Positions 1 through 11,715 of a stretch of DNA of 64,000 nt are shown here, piece by piece. The position numbers and the translations under genes were made by a program. Under the pieces are notes generated by a model. The model made no database searches. It was not told where the DNA came from and saw only the letters and a program-made list of their open reading frames with translations. Source of the stretch: an uncultured Chloroflexia bacterium (GTDB lineage: Bacteria > Chloroflexota > Limnocylindria > Limnocylindrales > CSP1-4). The DNA lies in assembly GCA_963779315.1 (NCBI GenBank), contig CAVZXQ010000003.1, positions 162,447-226,446 on the forward strand, written 5' to 3'. Numbering within the stretch: position 1 is the stretch's first letter; each line of letters begins with the position of its first letter.

Positions 1-51
1 CTGCGCTTTCGGCTCCACCAGGCCATCACGGAACGGGGAGCTGCCGCAAGA

Positions 52-801
52 GTGGGGATCGAGCCCCTCGGGACGGACCGGTCGTCCGCTGCCGGCGCAT
101 CGCCCGACATCACGTCGACTGCCGATCTCGACCGGGAGATGGTCGCCTATTACGCGGCGCGCGCGCCGGAATACGACGACTGGTACCTGCGGCGCGGGCG
201 GTACTCGCACGGACCCATCCACGACGCCGCATGGGATGCCGAGCTGGACATCGCCGGGCGCTGGCTGGACGGGCTGCCGATCGAGGGTGAGATCGTGGAG
301 CTGGCCGCAGGCACCGGCTGGTGGTCGCCGCTGCTGGCGTCGAAGGGCGCCCTGTCGATGTACGACGCGAACGACGCGCCGCTCGCGCGGGCGCGCGATC
401 GCCTGCTGGCCCATGGGTTGCGGGCGCACCTCCACGTCCGCGATGCCTGGACGGAGCCGGACCGGCCGGTCGACGCCTTGTTCGCCGGCTTCTGGCTGAG
501 CCACGTCCCGGCCGAGCGGCTGCCCGCATTCCTGGCCCTTGTGGGCCGCTGGCTGAAGCCGGGCGGGCTGTTCGCGCTCATCGATTCGCTCGACGATCCA
601 CGGTCGGGGACCGTGGATCGCGTGGCGCCGGTCGATGGCGTGTCTATCCGGAAGCTCGCCGACGGCCGCGAATTCCGGGTCGTGAAGGTCTATCACGAGC
701 CCGAGGCCTTGACGCAGGCCCTGGGCGCGGCGGGCTTCGAGGCGGTCTCCGTGACGACGACCGGTCGATTCTTCGTGTGCGCGACCGGTCGCGCGGGCTG
801 A
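52..801 (+). CDS. Class I SAM-dependent methyltransferase
   Basis: Motif I VELAAGTGWW, FAGFWLSHVP and WLKPGG. Start may be ATG 139. Confidence 0.85.
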   Translation: MGIEPLGTDRSSAAGASPDITSTADLDREMVAYYAARAPEYDDWYLRRGRYSHGPIHDAAWDAELDIAGRWLDGLPIEGEIVELAAGTGWWSPLLASKGALSMYDANDAPLARARDRLLAHGLRAHLHVRDAWTEPDRPVDALFAGFWLSHVPAERLPAFLALVGRWLKPGGLFALIDSLDDPRSGTVDRVAPVDGVSIRKLADGREFRVVKVYHEPEALTQALGAAGFEAVSVTTTGRFFVCATGRAG

Positions 802-846
802 CCCGGGCTGCCGGTCGGGGATAGGGCCCCGCTATACTCCGGCCTC

Positions 847-1719
847 ATGTCACCCCTGCAGCAGCGCACCATCGCGACGATCGGCTCCGGCGTCATGGCC
901 GAGGCGATGATCGCCGGCCTGCTTCGCGGCAACCTGGTCGCGCCGGATCAGGTGGTCGCGAGCCATCCACGATCCGAGCGGCGCGAGGCCCTCGCCCGCG
1001 ACTACGGGATCCGCACGGTCGGCAGCAATGTGGAGGCGGTCGCGGGCGCGGACGTCATCCTGCTCGCGATCAAGCCGCAGATGCTCGGCCGGGTCGGGCG
1101 TGAGATCGGCCCGCACCTGACTCGCGGCCAGCTCGTCCTGAGCGTCCTGGCCGGGGCCACGACCGCCGCCCTGACCGGCCTGCTCGGGCATGACCAGGTC
1201 GTCCGGAGCATGCCCAACACCCCCGCTCGCCTCGGCAAGGGGATGACCGTCTGGTACGCCACGCCGGAGACGACCGAGGAACAGCGTGCCCAGGCCGCCG
1301 CCCTGCTCGGGGCGCTCGGGGCGGAGCTGGAAGTGGACGACGAGAAGTTCGTGGCGATGGCCACGGCCGTCTCCGGGACCGGACCCACCTACGTCTTCCT
1401 GGTGATGGAGGCGCTCATCGATGCGGCCGTCCATCTCGGCTTCCCGCGACACGTCGCCCACGACCTCGTCATCGAGACCCTCGAGGGTTCGACGCTCTTC
1501 GCCAAGCAGTCCGGGATGCACCCGGCTGAGCTGCGCAACATGGTCACATCGCCGGGCGGGACGTCCGCGGCGGCCCTGCACGAGCTCGAGTCGGGGCGGC
1601 TCCGGACGGTCCTGTCGGAGGCGGTCTGGGCAGCCTACCGGCGCACCGTCGAACTGGGCGATCAACTCGAGGCCAGTGTCACGGAACCATCGAGCAAGCG
1701 AGGCGGAGGCGGACGTTGA
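847..1719 (+). CDS. proC: Pyrroline-5-carboxylate reductase
   Basis: IGSGVMAEA, LAIKPQ, RSMPNTP, AVSGTGP and VTSPGGTS motifs. Confidence 0.97.
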   Translation: MSPLQQRTIATIGSGVMAEAMIAGLLRGNLVAPDQVVASHPRSERREALARDYGIRTVGSNVEAVAGADVILLAIKPQMLGRVGREIGPHLTRGQLVLSVLAGATTAALTGLLGHDQVVRSMPNTPARLGKGMTVWYATPETTEEQRAQAAALLGALGAELEVDDEKFVAMATAVSGTGPTYVFLVMEALIDAAVHLGFPRHVAHDLVIETLEGSTLFAKQSGMHPAELRNMVTSPGGTSAAALHELESGRLRTVLSEAVWAAYRRTVELGDQLEASVTEPSSKRGGGGR

Positions 1720-2771
1720 CGGACGCCGGCTCCATCGATCTGCGGCGGGCGCCCCTGGCCGAAGTCCGCGAGGTGGACCTTCGATCCGGGACGCGCGACT
1801 TCTGGGCCGATGAGGCTGCCCTGTTCGACCGACTCACGGCCTCGTGGGCCGGGCTGGACGCCGCCGCGTGGCAGGTCCCGGGAGCGGCTCCGTCGGATGC
1901 CGGGGGTCCGGACTGGTCGCTGGCCGAACACGTCGGCCACCTCGTGTTCTGGCAGGAAGTCGCGTCAGGTTATACGGCGCACGCTGTCGAGACCGGCGTG
2001 TGGCCGTCCGATCGGGACTTCGACGACGGAGACTTCGACACCTACAACGAGCGGAACCGCGCACCGTGGACGACGATGCCGCGCGACGAGATCCTGGATC
2101 GGCTCGCCGGCTCGCGCCGCGAGCTCATCGCCGTCGCCGGCCGGCTGACCGACGCCGAGATCCGGGCCGATGAGGCGTGGGGCTGGGTGTTCGTGGCCCT
2201 GCACGGCCACTATCTGGATCATGCTGGGATCGTCGAAGCGTGGACGGACACCCTGCGCGTCCGCCAGAACGACGGCGACCCCTTCGTCGACGACCCGCGG
2301 CCTGCGGACCACGCAGCCTTCCTGGCTGCGGACGATGCCAGCCAGGCCGACTTCGACCGGCTCATCCGGACGATCCCGGCCGATCGGTGGGACGCCGAGC
2401 CGATCACACCTGGTTGGACCCTGCGCGACCATGTCGGCCACCTGTCGGACTGGACCGAGGAGTGCCTCCGGGCATTCGATGTCTTCGCGCGGCGCGGCCA
2501 CTGGCCGGCCGACCCGGACGAGGGCGTGGATGCCTGGAACGACCGGATGGTCCAAGTCCACCGGGGCAGCTCCGTCGCCGACACGCTGGCTCGCTACGAC
2601 GCGACGCGCGCGGCGATGCGGGCGGCGGTCCTGACGCTGTCCGTGGACGACCTGCGCTCGCCAGATGGTTGGAGCTGGGCGTACGACTGCCTGTACGGCC
2701 ACGCCCGCAAGCACATCGCCCTCGCCGGCCCGTGGTGCGCGGCTCAGGCGTGGCCGGCCGGACGGGACTGA
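1716..2771 (+). CDS. Tandem DinB/ClbS-like four-helix-bundle protein (two domains)
   Basis: Two repeats: WSLAEHVGHL...HGHYLDH and WTLRDHVGHL...YGHARKH. Confidence 0.75.
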   Translation: MTDAGSIDLRRAPLAEVREVDLRSGTRDFWADEAALFDRLTASWAGLDAAAWQVPGAAPSDAGGPDWSLAEHVGHLVFWQEVASGYTAHAVETGVWPSDRDFDDGDFDTYNERNRAPWTTMPRDEILDRLAGSRRELIAVAGRLTDAEIRADEAWGWVFVALHGHYLDHAGIVEAWTDTLRVRQNDGDPFVDDPRPADHAAFLAADDASQADFDRLIRTIPADRWDAEPITPGWTLRDHVGHLSDWTEECLRAFDVFARRGHWPADPDEGVDAWNDRMVQVHRGSSVADTLARYDATRAAMRAAVLTLSVDDLRSPDGWSWAYDCLYGHARKHIALAGPWCAAQAWPAGRD

Positions 2772-4747
2772 TGGCCAAGCCCACTCCCGCGACGCCCGCC
2801 ACGGGACCGACCATCGAGGCGATCGTCGCGATCGACAGCCCGCGCGAGTTCCGGCTCCACCCGCGTGACGAAGTCGTGGCCTACACGAGCGATGCGGCCG
2901 GCGCGCGGCAGCTGTTCCGGCTGAACCTCCGTGGCGGCTATCCGGTCCAGGTGACGGCCTCGGACAAGGACGTCTCGGATCCGCAGTGGTCGCCCGACGG
3001 ACGGCGACTGGCGTACGTCCGCGACGGGGAGATCTGGGTCGTCGAGGCGGACGGCAGCCGGACGACCTGCGTCGTGGCCAAACCCGGGGGCGGCACGGAT
3101 CCGCGCTGGTCGCCGGACGGCGGACGGCTTGCCTTCCTGTCGCGCCGCCGCGGGTGGTCGCAGATCTGGGTCATCGATGCGCCCGTGCCACGTCGCGGGC
3201 GACCGGCCAACGATCCGAAGCCGCCGATCGCGCGGGCGGTGACGTCGGCCGGGCTGGACGTCGACTCGTTCACCTGGGCGCCGGACGGGATGAGGCTGGC
3301 CGTCATGGCCCGGCACGACCCGACCCACCCGGTCGCTGCCGAGATCGCGATCGTGGACGTCGCGAGCGGCTCCCTCGAGATCGTCGCCGGCCGAGACGGC
3401 TGCGCGACCGGCGCGACGTGGCTGGCCGACGGATCGCTGCTGTACGTCAGCGACGAGAGCGGCTGGTTCCAGGTCATCCGTCGATCGCCGGACGGCCGCG
3501 ACCGGATCGCCCTGACGACGGGCGAGCGCGAGCACGGCGAGCCGGGTGGCGGCGTGGGCCACGTCCCGCTCGGGTCGCCGGACGGTAGCCGATTCGTCCA
3601 TATCGAGGTGCACGACGGCCTGCAGGATCTCGTCGTCGCGGAGACGGCCGCGGGGACGGCCCCGAAGCGCGGTCGCGGCCGCCCGCCGAAGACGCCCCGG
3701 ACCGTCGCCGCGGCTGGGGTCGGCCAGCGCCTGAACCCGTGGGACGGGATCTGGCGCGCGGTCGGCTGGCTCGCGGACGGCGAGTGGATCGCGGCGATCG
3801 GCGAGAGCGAGGACCGGCCGCAGGACCTGTGGCTGCTGCCCGTCCCCGGCGTCGCGGCCGAGGATGCGCGACCGCGCCAGGTCACGGATTCGCTGCCCGC
3901 CACGGCACGAGCCTGGCTGTCGACCGGCCGGGCAGGCCCGAGCCAGCGGTTCGCGATCGCCGCGCGCGACGGTCTGCGCGTCGAAGGCAACCTGCACCTG
4001 CCGGCCGGCGTGACCGGCAAGCGCGGCGGTCGGCGCGTCCCGACGGTCGTCTACCCGCACGGCGGCCCGACCTCCCAGACGTTCCGCGCGTTCGTCCCGT
4101 TCAAGCGCGTCCTGACCGCGGCCGGGTTCGCCGTCCTCGACGTCGACTTCCGCGGGTCCACCGGCTACGGACGGGCGTTCCGCGAGGCCAACCACGACGA
4201 GTGGGGCCACGCCGACGTCCACGACGTCATCGACGGCGCCCGCTGGGCGACCGAGCAGCCCTGGTCCGACGGCCGGCTGGCCATCTACGGCGGCTCGTAC
4301 GGCGGGTACGTCGTCCTGTGCGCGCTCGTCGAGGAGCCGGCGATGTGGTCGGCCGGCGTGGACCTGTTCGGTGACTCCGAGATCGCCGAGAGCTATCGCC
4401 ACGGTGACCGGGCCGGTCGGCTGGACCTGCACCGGATGATGGGTTCGCCGGACGACGCGCAGCGGACCGAGTCGTTCCGGCGCGGCTCGCCGGTCTACCG
4501 CGCCGAGCGGATCGAGGCGCCGCTGCTGATCTTCCACGGCCGCAAGGACAAGCGCGTCGTGCCGCTCATGACCGAGCGGATGGTCGAGGCCCTGGAGATC
4601 GAGGGCAAGCCCTACGAGGTGCATTGGTACGACGAGGAGGGCCACGGCTGGCAGCGGCGCGAGAACCGTCGCGACGCCTTCGAGCGGATCCTCGCGTTCC
4701 TCAAGACCCACGTCCCGCCGGACGGGCATGGTGCCGACGGGGCCTGA
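2771..4747 (+). CDS. S9 (prolyl oligopeptidase family) peptidase with PD40 beta-propeller
   Basis: WSPDG repeats, YPHGGP, GGSYGG nucleophile, HGRKD, EGHG. ATG 2771 overlaps the upstream stop. Confidence 0.93.
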   Translation: MAKPTPATPATGPTIEAIVAIDSPREFRLHPRDEVVAYTSDAAGARQLFRLNLRGGYPVQVTASDKDVSDPQWSPDGRRLAYVRDGEIWVVEADGSRTTCVVAKPGGGTDPRWSPDGGRLAFLSRRRGWSQIWVIDAPVPRRGRPANDPKPPIARAVTSAGLDVDSFTWAPDGMRLAVMARHDPTHPVAAEIAIVDVASGSLEIVAGRDGCATGATWLADGSLLYVSDESGWFQVIRRSPDGRDRIALTTGEREHGEPGGGVGHVPLGSPDGSRFVHIEVHDGLQDLVVAETAAGTAPKRGRGRPPKTPRTVAAAGVGQRLNPWDGIWRAVGWLADGEWIAAIGESEDRPQDLWLLPVPGVAAEDARPRQVTDSLPATARAWLSTGRAGPSQRFAIAARDGLRVEGNLHLPAGVTGKRGGRRVPTVVYPHGGPTSQTFRAFVPFKRVLTAAGFAVLDVDFRGSTGYGRAFREANHDEWGHADVHDVIDGARWATEQPWSDGRLAIYGGSYGGYVVLCALVEEPAMWSAGVDLFGDSEIAESYRHGDRAGRLDLHRMMGSPDDAQRTESFRRGSPVYRAERIEAPLLIFHGRKDKRVVPLMTERMVEALEIEGKPYEVHWYDEEGHGWQRRENRRDAFERILAFLKTHVPPDGHGADGA

Positions 4748-5082
4748 CCGCCGGTGAGACGGCTGGTCGCACGATCGACGTGATCCTGTGCGCCGGTACC
4801 CTGCTGTACCTCCCCGAGGACGACGCTCGCGGCCTGGTGCGGTCGATCCTGCACCACACGGGGGTCGTGGCGGCATTCGCCGGTCTCGCCCATCCGGACC
4901 GGGACAACGCTGTCCTGACCTCCTCGGCGAAACGGGATCGAGACGCGACTTTCATCCACGATATCGACGGCATGGTGCGTGATGCCGGCGGGCGCGTGGT
5001 CTGGCGCCGCTGGGAGGGACCGCGCATCGTCGACGGCAACACCATCTACTTCGTGTTCGCTCGTCCGACATCGACCGCGTGA
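4748..5082 (+). pseudogene. Possible C-terminal fragment of a methyltransferase-like protein
   Basis: Protein-like stretch DVILCAGTLLYLPEDD...TIYFVFA with no convincing start or N-terminal half. Confidence 0.4.
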
Positions 5083-5129
5083 TCCTGGCGTTCATCGGAT
5101 CCACCTTCGCCCCACCATGACGGGCGCCG

Positions 5130-5816
5130 GTGAGCCCTGACGGCTACGATGCGGCCGTGGACGACGATGCGCACCGGGAGCTGGACCTGCTGACCGATCA
5201 GCTGCGACGGATGCGCGGGATGCTGTTCGCGTACTCGGACCTGTTCTTCAGGCGGATCCGCGATTGGGGCGTGCTGACGACCGCACTGCTCGTCCTGGGG
5301 TCGACGCAGATCGCGCCGGCCGCCGTGGTCATCGTGCCGTTCCTGGTGCCGTTCGCCTTCCTCGAGACGGCCTACCTGTTCTACTACACGATCTTCGCTC
5401 GCCGCCACGCGGAGTACCTCGAACGAGCGATCAACGAGCGGTTCGGGCACGACGTCCTCATCGCGCACCGGCTCGAGGCGGCGTACTTCTATCCGCCCGA
5501 TTCGCCCAAGGTGGCGGCCCTGTCGTTCGGTGACCCGCTCGGGATGATGTCGGTAGCCACGATCGGCTACACGGTCGCGGCGGGCCTGCTGTGGGCCGCC
5601 GGGATGGCGGGGACGATCTCGTTCGCCGCTGCGTCCGGCGGTCTCGCGGGCATCCTGCCGGTCATCGCCGTCGTCTGGACGGTCGGAGTCGCCGCGTACC
5701 TGGTCTGGACATCCCTGACGCGACGCGCGGAGGACCGGCTGGTCGCGGAACTCGAGCGCGGCTACCTGGCGCCGGTCGAAGTCGGGCGCCCCGCCGGCGG
5801 ACCCGGCTCCGACTGA
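5130..5816 (+). CDS. Hypothetical multi-pass membrane protein
   Basis: Intact ORF with about 4 hydrophobic segments and GC3 codon bias. Confidence 0.75.
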   Translation: MSPDGYDAAVDDDAHRELDLLTDQLRRMRGMLFAYSDLFFRRIRDWGVLTTALLVLGSTQIAPAAVVIVPFLVPFAFLETAYLFYYTIFARRHAEYLERAINERFGHDVLIAHRLEAAYFYPPDSPKVAALSFGDPLGMMSVATIGYTVAAGLLWAAGMAGTISFAAASGGLAGILPVIAVVWTVGVAAYLVWTSLTRRAEDRLVAELERGYLAPVEVGRPAGGPGSD

Positions 5817-6346
5817 CCCGCCGGGGACGTCCCCCGCATCGCGAGGGCGATGGTCAGTCGCGACGCCGATGCCCAGCAGGACATCGCCGATGCTGAAGAT
5901 GTTCGCGCCGGCATCCAGGCGGGCATCGCGAAGATGTCGGTGAGGAACGGCAGGGCCGGGTCGGTCAGGACGATGCTGTTGGTGTAGCCGGTGCCGCCGA
6001 GGCCCAGCGCGGCGACCGCCTGCCGGGTCGGCCGGCATGTAGCCGCCGTTGGCGACGATCGCGGCCAGGTTGCAGCCTGCGCCGATGGCGGCGATCGCCA
6101 TCCCCGGCACCCGGACGTTGCGCAGGACGGCGGCGAAGACGAGCACGTTCGACAGCACGTAGACGGCCGGCGACGCCTCGCCGAAAGGGCGACCCGAACG
6201 CGTCCGTGAACAGGAGCGACCTGGATCAGGAAGCCCAGCAGGGCCAGCGGCACCCAGCGCAGCCGAGGTCCGCCAGCCGGCCGAGCCGGCCGCCGAGCAG
6301 GTAGCCCGGCGACGATCCCGAGCGGGATCGCATAGAGGATGAACAC
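5762..6346 (-). CDS. DUF5317-like membrane protein (frameshifted)
   Basis: LRWVPLALLGFLIQ, GAGCNLAAIVANGGYMP, FLTDIF and FSIGDVLL pieces in different frames. Confidence 0.7.
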   Translation of the reverse strand: MFILYAIPLGIVAGLPARRPARPAGGPRLRWVPLALLGFLIQVAPVHGRVRVALSARRRRPSTCCRTCSSSPPSCATSGCRGWRSPPSAQAATWPRSSPTAATCRPTRQAVAALGLGGTGYTNSIVLTDPALPFLTDIFAMPAWMPARTSSASAMSCWASASRLTIALAMRGTSPAGQSEPGPPAGRPTSTGAR

Positions 6347-6353
6347 CGCTCGG

Positions 6354-6897
6354 TCAGGACTCCATGGGCCCGATGGCCCAGGATGCTCTCGAGCTGGACG
6401 GCGTGGTCGGCGAGGTGCGTCGACGATGAACCGGTCGGCGATCGCCTCGACGGTCATCTCGCCCAGCCGTCGGGTGGAGACCGCGCAGGCTCCGCTCGCC
6501 TGGCGTCAGCGTGGACCAGCGACGATCGAGGCGCTCCAGCGACCAGGCGATCCGGTCGTACAGCTCGGCCGGCGGCAGCGAGCGGTCGCGCTCCAGGATG
6601 GCCAGCCTCACGCCGTCGGTCGCGACGCGTCCGAACGGCACGGGTTCGCGCAAGCCACCGCCACGCGGGCGCGCCTGGGTCGCTGCCCCGGCGATGATCC
6701 GCTCGATCTCGCCCTGCCAGAACGGGATCATCTCGGCGACGTGGGCCAGGACCTCCGTCGGGCCCCATTCGGCTTCGGGTGCGTCGTCGAAGCGCTCGGC
6801 GAGGGGCCACGGCGCGCGCTCGGCTGATCGCGGGTCGAGTCGCGGCCAGACGCTCACCGGCCGCGTGCTGCCGGAGGAGCAGATCGTCGGTCGTCAT
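6354..6897 (-). CDS. DinB-family protein (frameshifted)
   Basis: EWGPTEVLAHVAEMIPFW and GLHPT...MTVEAIADRFIV segments. Confidence 0.7.
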
Positions 6898-6976
6898 GGT
6901 GGGCAGTGTCGCACGAGCGGCGTAGGATGGCGTGTCCACGACCACCCGCGCCCGCCCCAGCCGCAAGGGAGATGCC

Positions 6977-8147
<1,171 letters not shown>

Positions 8148-8171
8148 TCCGGGACCGGTGATCCGGAGCCG

Positions 8172-10513
8172 GTGACGGGAGCCGCTGGGTTGCCGCCGAT
8201 GCGGCTGCGCCGCCTCGCGACCTGGCTCGCCCTGATCGGAGCGGTCGGGGCCGCGCTCCTGTTCGTGTGGGTTCGGGCGACGACGCCGTCAGACGGCGGC
8301 CGAGTCGCGTTCTACGGGGAGGCGTGGTCGACCGCCGGGGTCCGTGATCGCCCCGATCGACGCACCGGCCGCCGGTCTCGAGGATGGCGATCTGATCGCT
8401 GCCGTGAACGGACGATCGCTCGAGGCGTGGCTGGGCGATGCGACCGACCCGTCGATCCGTCCGGCCGGATGCCGCCGTCCCGATGCCATACCTCATCGCC
8501 AGGGACGGAGTCGCGGAGCGCACCGAGGTGACCTGGGCCGTGCCCGCCATCGGCGGGACCCTGCTCGAGGGCTGGAGCATCCTGCTGTTCTCCGTGGCGA
8601 TCGCCGGGGTGGCCGCGTTCGTGTTCGCGCGGCGCCCCGACGAGCCGGCCGCCACCGCGCTCATCTTCCGGCCTGCGGTGCGGCCGGGAGCAGCGTGCCC
8701 TGGTTCCTGGGCGTGACGGTGAGCGACGTCGTCCAGGGCACGCCCTTCCTGCTCCACGCCGTCGTGACCGGACCCGCTGTACATGCTGCTGTGGCCCGCC
8801 GGCCTGCACCTGGCCCTCGTGTTCCCGACGCCGCTGCCGGCCGTCGCCCGGCACCGATGGCTCATCCCCGCCGTCTACGCCCTCGCGTTCGGGATGTATG
8901 CGCTGGCGATGCTCGTCGGGTGGGTCGCCGCGCCGTCCCTGCTCGACTGGGTCGGCACCTGGCCGATCGCGCAGACCGCGGTCGTGGTCCCGTTCCTTGC
9001 CGTGTCCCTCGCCCTGTTCGTCCGGAGCTACCGCCGGACGACCGACCCGGCGGCCCGGATCCGCATCCGGTGGGCCTGGCTCGGCGCGGCCGCGAGTGCC
9101 GCGATCGGGCTGGTGGCCTTCATGCTCCCCGAGCTGCTCGTCCACCGCACGCTCCTGCCGCCGTCCTGGATCGGGCTGCTCGGCGCTGCCGCTGCCGCTC
9201 GGCCTGGCGGCCGGCGATCCTGCGCGACCGCCTGTTCGACATCGACGTCGTCGTCCGCCGCACGCTTCGTCTACGGCGGGCTCACGCTCGGGGTCGTCGC
9301 GAGCTACGTGGCCGTCACCTCGGCCGTCACGGCCATCGTCGGCGATGCCGGTGGCTTCGGCGTGTCGCTGCTCGCGACCGGCGTCGCGGCGCTCGTGGCG
9401 CTGCCGCTCCGCGACGTGCTCCAGCGTGCGGTGGACCGCATGCTGTACGGCGAGCGCGACGAGCCGTGGCGCGCGATGCGCCGCCTCGGGCAGCGCCTCG
9501 AACTGGCCGCGGACCCGGATCGCGCCTTCCCGGCCATCGTCGACACCGTCGCCGACGCGCTGCGATCGCCGTACGTCGCGCTCGAGGTCGTCGACGACGT
9601 CGGACGTTCCGTCGCCGTCGCCGCAGCGCGGGACGCCACAGCCGGCGGTCGTGACCGTCCCGCTCGTCCACGGTGCGGAGCGGGTCGGGAGCCTCGTGCT
9701 CGGCGTCCGCTCCGGTGAGCGCGGGTTCCGGCCGGACGAGCTGCTCCTGCTCGAGGACCTCGCGCGCCAGGCGGGGACCGCCGATCCGGGCCCTGCGCCT
9801 GCGGGCTGACCTCGCCCGGTCGCGCGAGCGGCTCGTCCTCGCCCGCGAGGAGGAGCGACGCCGCCTGCGCCGCGACCTCCACGATGGGCTGGGGCCGTCG
9901 CTCGCCTCGATCGGCCTGCGCGCCGAGGCGTCCGCCGAGATGTTGACGACCGACCCGGAGGCGGCGAAGCGCCTGCTCGACGAGTTGGGCGACGAGGTCC
10001 AGACGACCCTGGCCGACATCCGACGCCTCGTCGACGGGCTTCGACCCCCGGCGCTCGACGAGCTGGGGCTGATCGGCGCGATCGAGCAGCAGGCTTCACG
10101 ACTCGAGGGTGCGGTCGGCGAACGACCGCCCACCACGATCTCGCTGGTCGCGACCCCCGACCCGCTCCCGGGTCTGCCTGCCGCGGTGGAGGTCGCGGCG
10201 TACCGGATCGTCGTCGAGGCGCTGACCAACGCGGTCCGCCACGCGGAGGCCCGGACGTGCCAGGTCCGGCTCACGGTCGGACGAGGACCTCGTCATCGAG
10301 GTCGACGACGACGGTCGCGGGCTACCCGCGCGGGTCGTGGCCGGGACGGGCTGGAGTCGATGGAGGCTCGGGCCGTGGAGCTCGGCGGGATCGTTGCGCA
10401 TCGACCGGGGTCGACATGGCGGGACCCGTCTGGAGGCCCGCCTCCCTATCTCCGGGTTGCGAGTGCCGGGGCTCGTGGCGGTGGACGGTGCCATCGCGGC
10501 GATCCCCTCATGA
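8172..10513 (+). CDS. Membrane sensor histidine kinase (PDZ-like, multi-TM, GAF, HisKA_3; frameshifted)
   Basis: [35 protein letters not shown] and VDDDGRG. N-terminal [13 protein letters not shown] is PDZ-like. Confidence 0.88.
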
Positions 10514-11191
10514 CCGATCCGGTCGACAGCCATCCGCGTGCTCATCGTCGACGACCACGCGTCGTTCCGGTCGGGCCTGCGGGCGCTGCTCGAGACGGCC
10601 GGACGACGTACAGGTCGTCGGGGAGGCGTCATCCGGCCCCGAGGCCGTCGCCCTTGCGGACGACCTGCAGCCGGACGTCGTGCTCATGGACGTGACCATG
10701 CCCGGCGGAGACGGGATCGAGGCGACGCGTCGGATCGTGGACGCGGCGCCGCACGTGGCCGTCGTGATCCTGACGATGGACGGCGGCGACGAGGCGGTCG
10801 TTCGCCGCTATCCGAGCCGGCGCCCGCGGCTACGTGCTCAAGGGCGCCCAGCGAGCCGAGCTGTTGCGGGCGATCCGGGCCGTGGCCTCGGGGGAGGCGA
10901 TCTTCGGACACGGAGTCGCGCGGCGGCTTGCGGGCTATTTCGCCACGCCGAGTCAGCTCGACCACGACCGGCCGTTCCCGGAGCTCACCGATCGCGAGCG
11001 GGAGATCCTCGAGCTCGTCGCGCAGGGGCCGCTCCAACTCGGAGATCACCGACCTGCTCGTCCTGTCGCCCAAGACCGTGCGCAACCACGTGTCGAACAT
11101 CTTCTCGAAGCTCGGGGCGCGCGACCGTGCCGAGGCGATCGTCCGTGCCCGGGAGGCCGGGATGGGCGGCGAACGCGGTCGAGCGACCTAG
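10510..11191 (+). CDS. NarL/LuxR-family response regulator (frameshifted)
   Basis: [26 protein letters not shown] and [16 protein letters not shown]. Confidence 0.92.
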
Positions 11192-11206
11192 GCCACCGAC
11201 CGCCGC

Positions 11207-11274
11207 CGGGACACGGTTCGGGACTGGTTCGGGACGACGGTCCCATGACGGTGGGACACCGGCACCGTCAGGCT
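11207..11274 (+). promoter_or_regulatory. Candidate response-regulator binding array
   Basis: CGGGAC at 11207, 11219 and 11230, inverted GTCCC at 11240, GGGAC at 11253, upstream of ATG 11281. Confidence 0.55.
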
Positions 11275-11280
11275 CGGTCC

Positions 11281-11715
11281 ATGCTTCGATCGATCGCGCG
11301 AAGCGCGCTCCCCATCGCCGCCGCCGCCTTCGTGGCGTGTGCCATCGTCCAGGTCTTCCTGGCCGGACTCGGCGTGTTCGACGATCCGACGAGCTTCGTC
11401 ACCCACCGCGAATTCGGCTACCTGTTCGGCTGGTTGACGCTCGTCATCCTCGTGCTCGCGCTCCTCGGACGGGCGCCTCGCCGGGTCATAGGCCTGTGTG
11501 CGCTGCTGCTGGTCCTGTTCGCCTTCCAGTCCGTGTTCGTCGCACTTCGCGAGGATCTGCCCGCGATCGCCGCCCTGCACCCGCTCAACGGGTTCGCGAT
11601 CCTCGCCGTGGGTGTCGTGATCACGCGGGCGGCATGGGCTGTGCGGCTTGAGGCGGTCTCGTCCACGACATCCGTGACAGAACCATCGCTCGCCCCGACT
11701 CCGGACGTGGGCTGA
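11281..11715 (+). CDS. DUF6220-like membrane protein
   Basis: [11 protein letters not shown]...H.EFG...ALHPLNG pattern with 4 TM segments. Confidence 0.75.
   Translation: MLRSIARSALPIAAAAFVACAIVQVFLAGLGVFDDPTSFVTHREFGYLFGWLTLVILVLALLGRAPRRVIGLCALLLVLFAFQSVFVALREDLPAIAALHPLNGFAILAVGVVITRAAWAVRLEAVSSTTSVTEPSLAPTPDVG

Noticed and set aside
2744-4876. Long antisense ORFs (also 14610-16211, 35784-38036 and others)
   Set aside because: Shadow ORFs expected from stop-codon scarcity at high GC opposite real genes.
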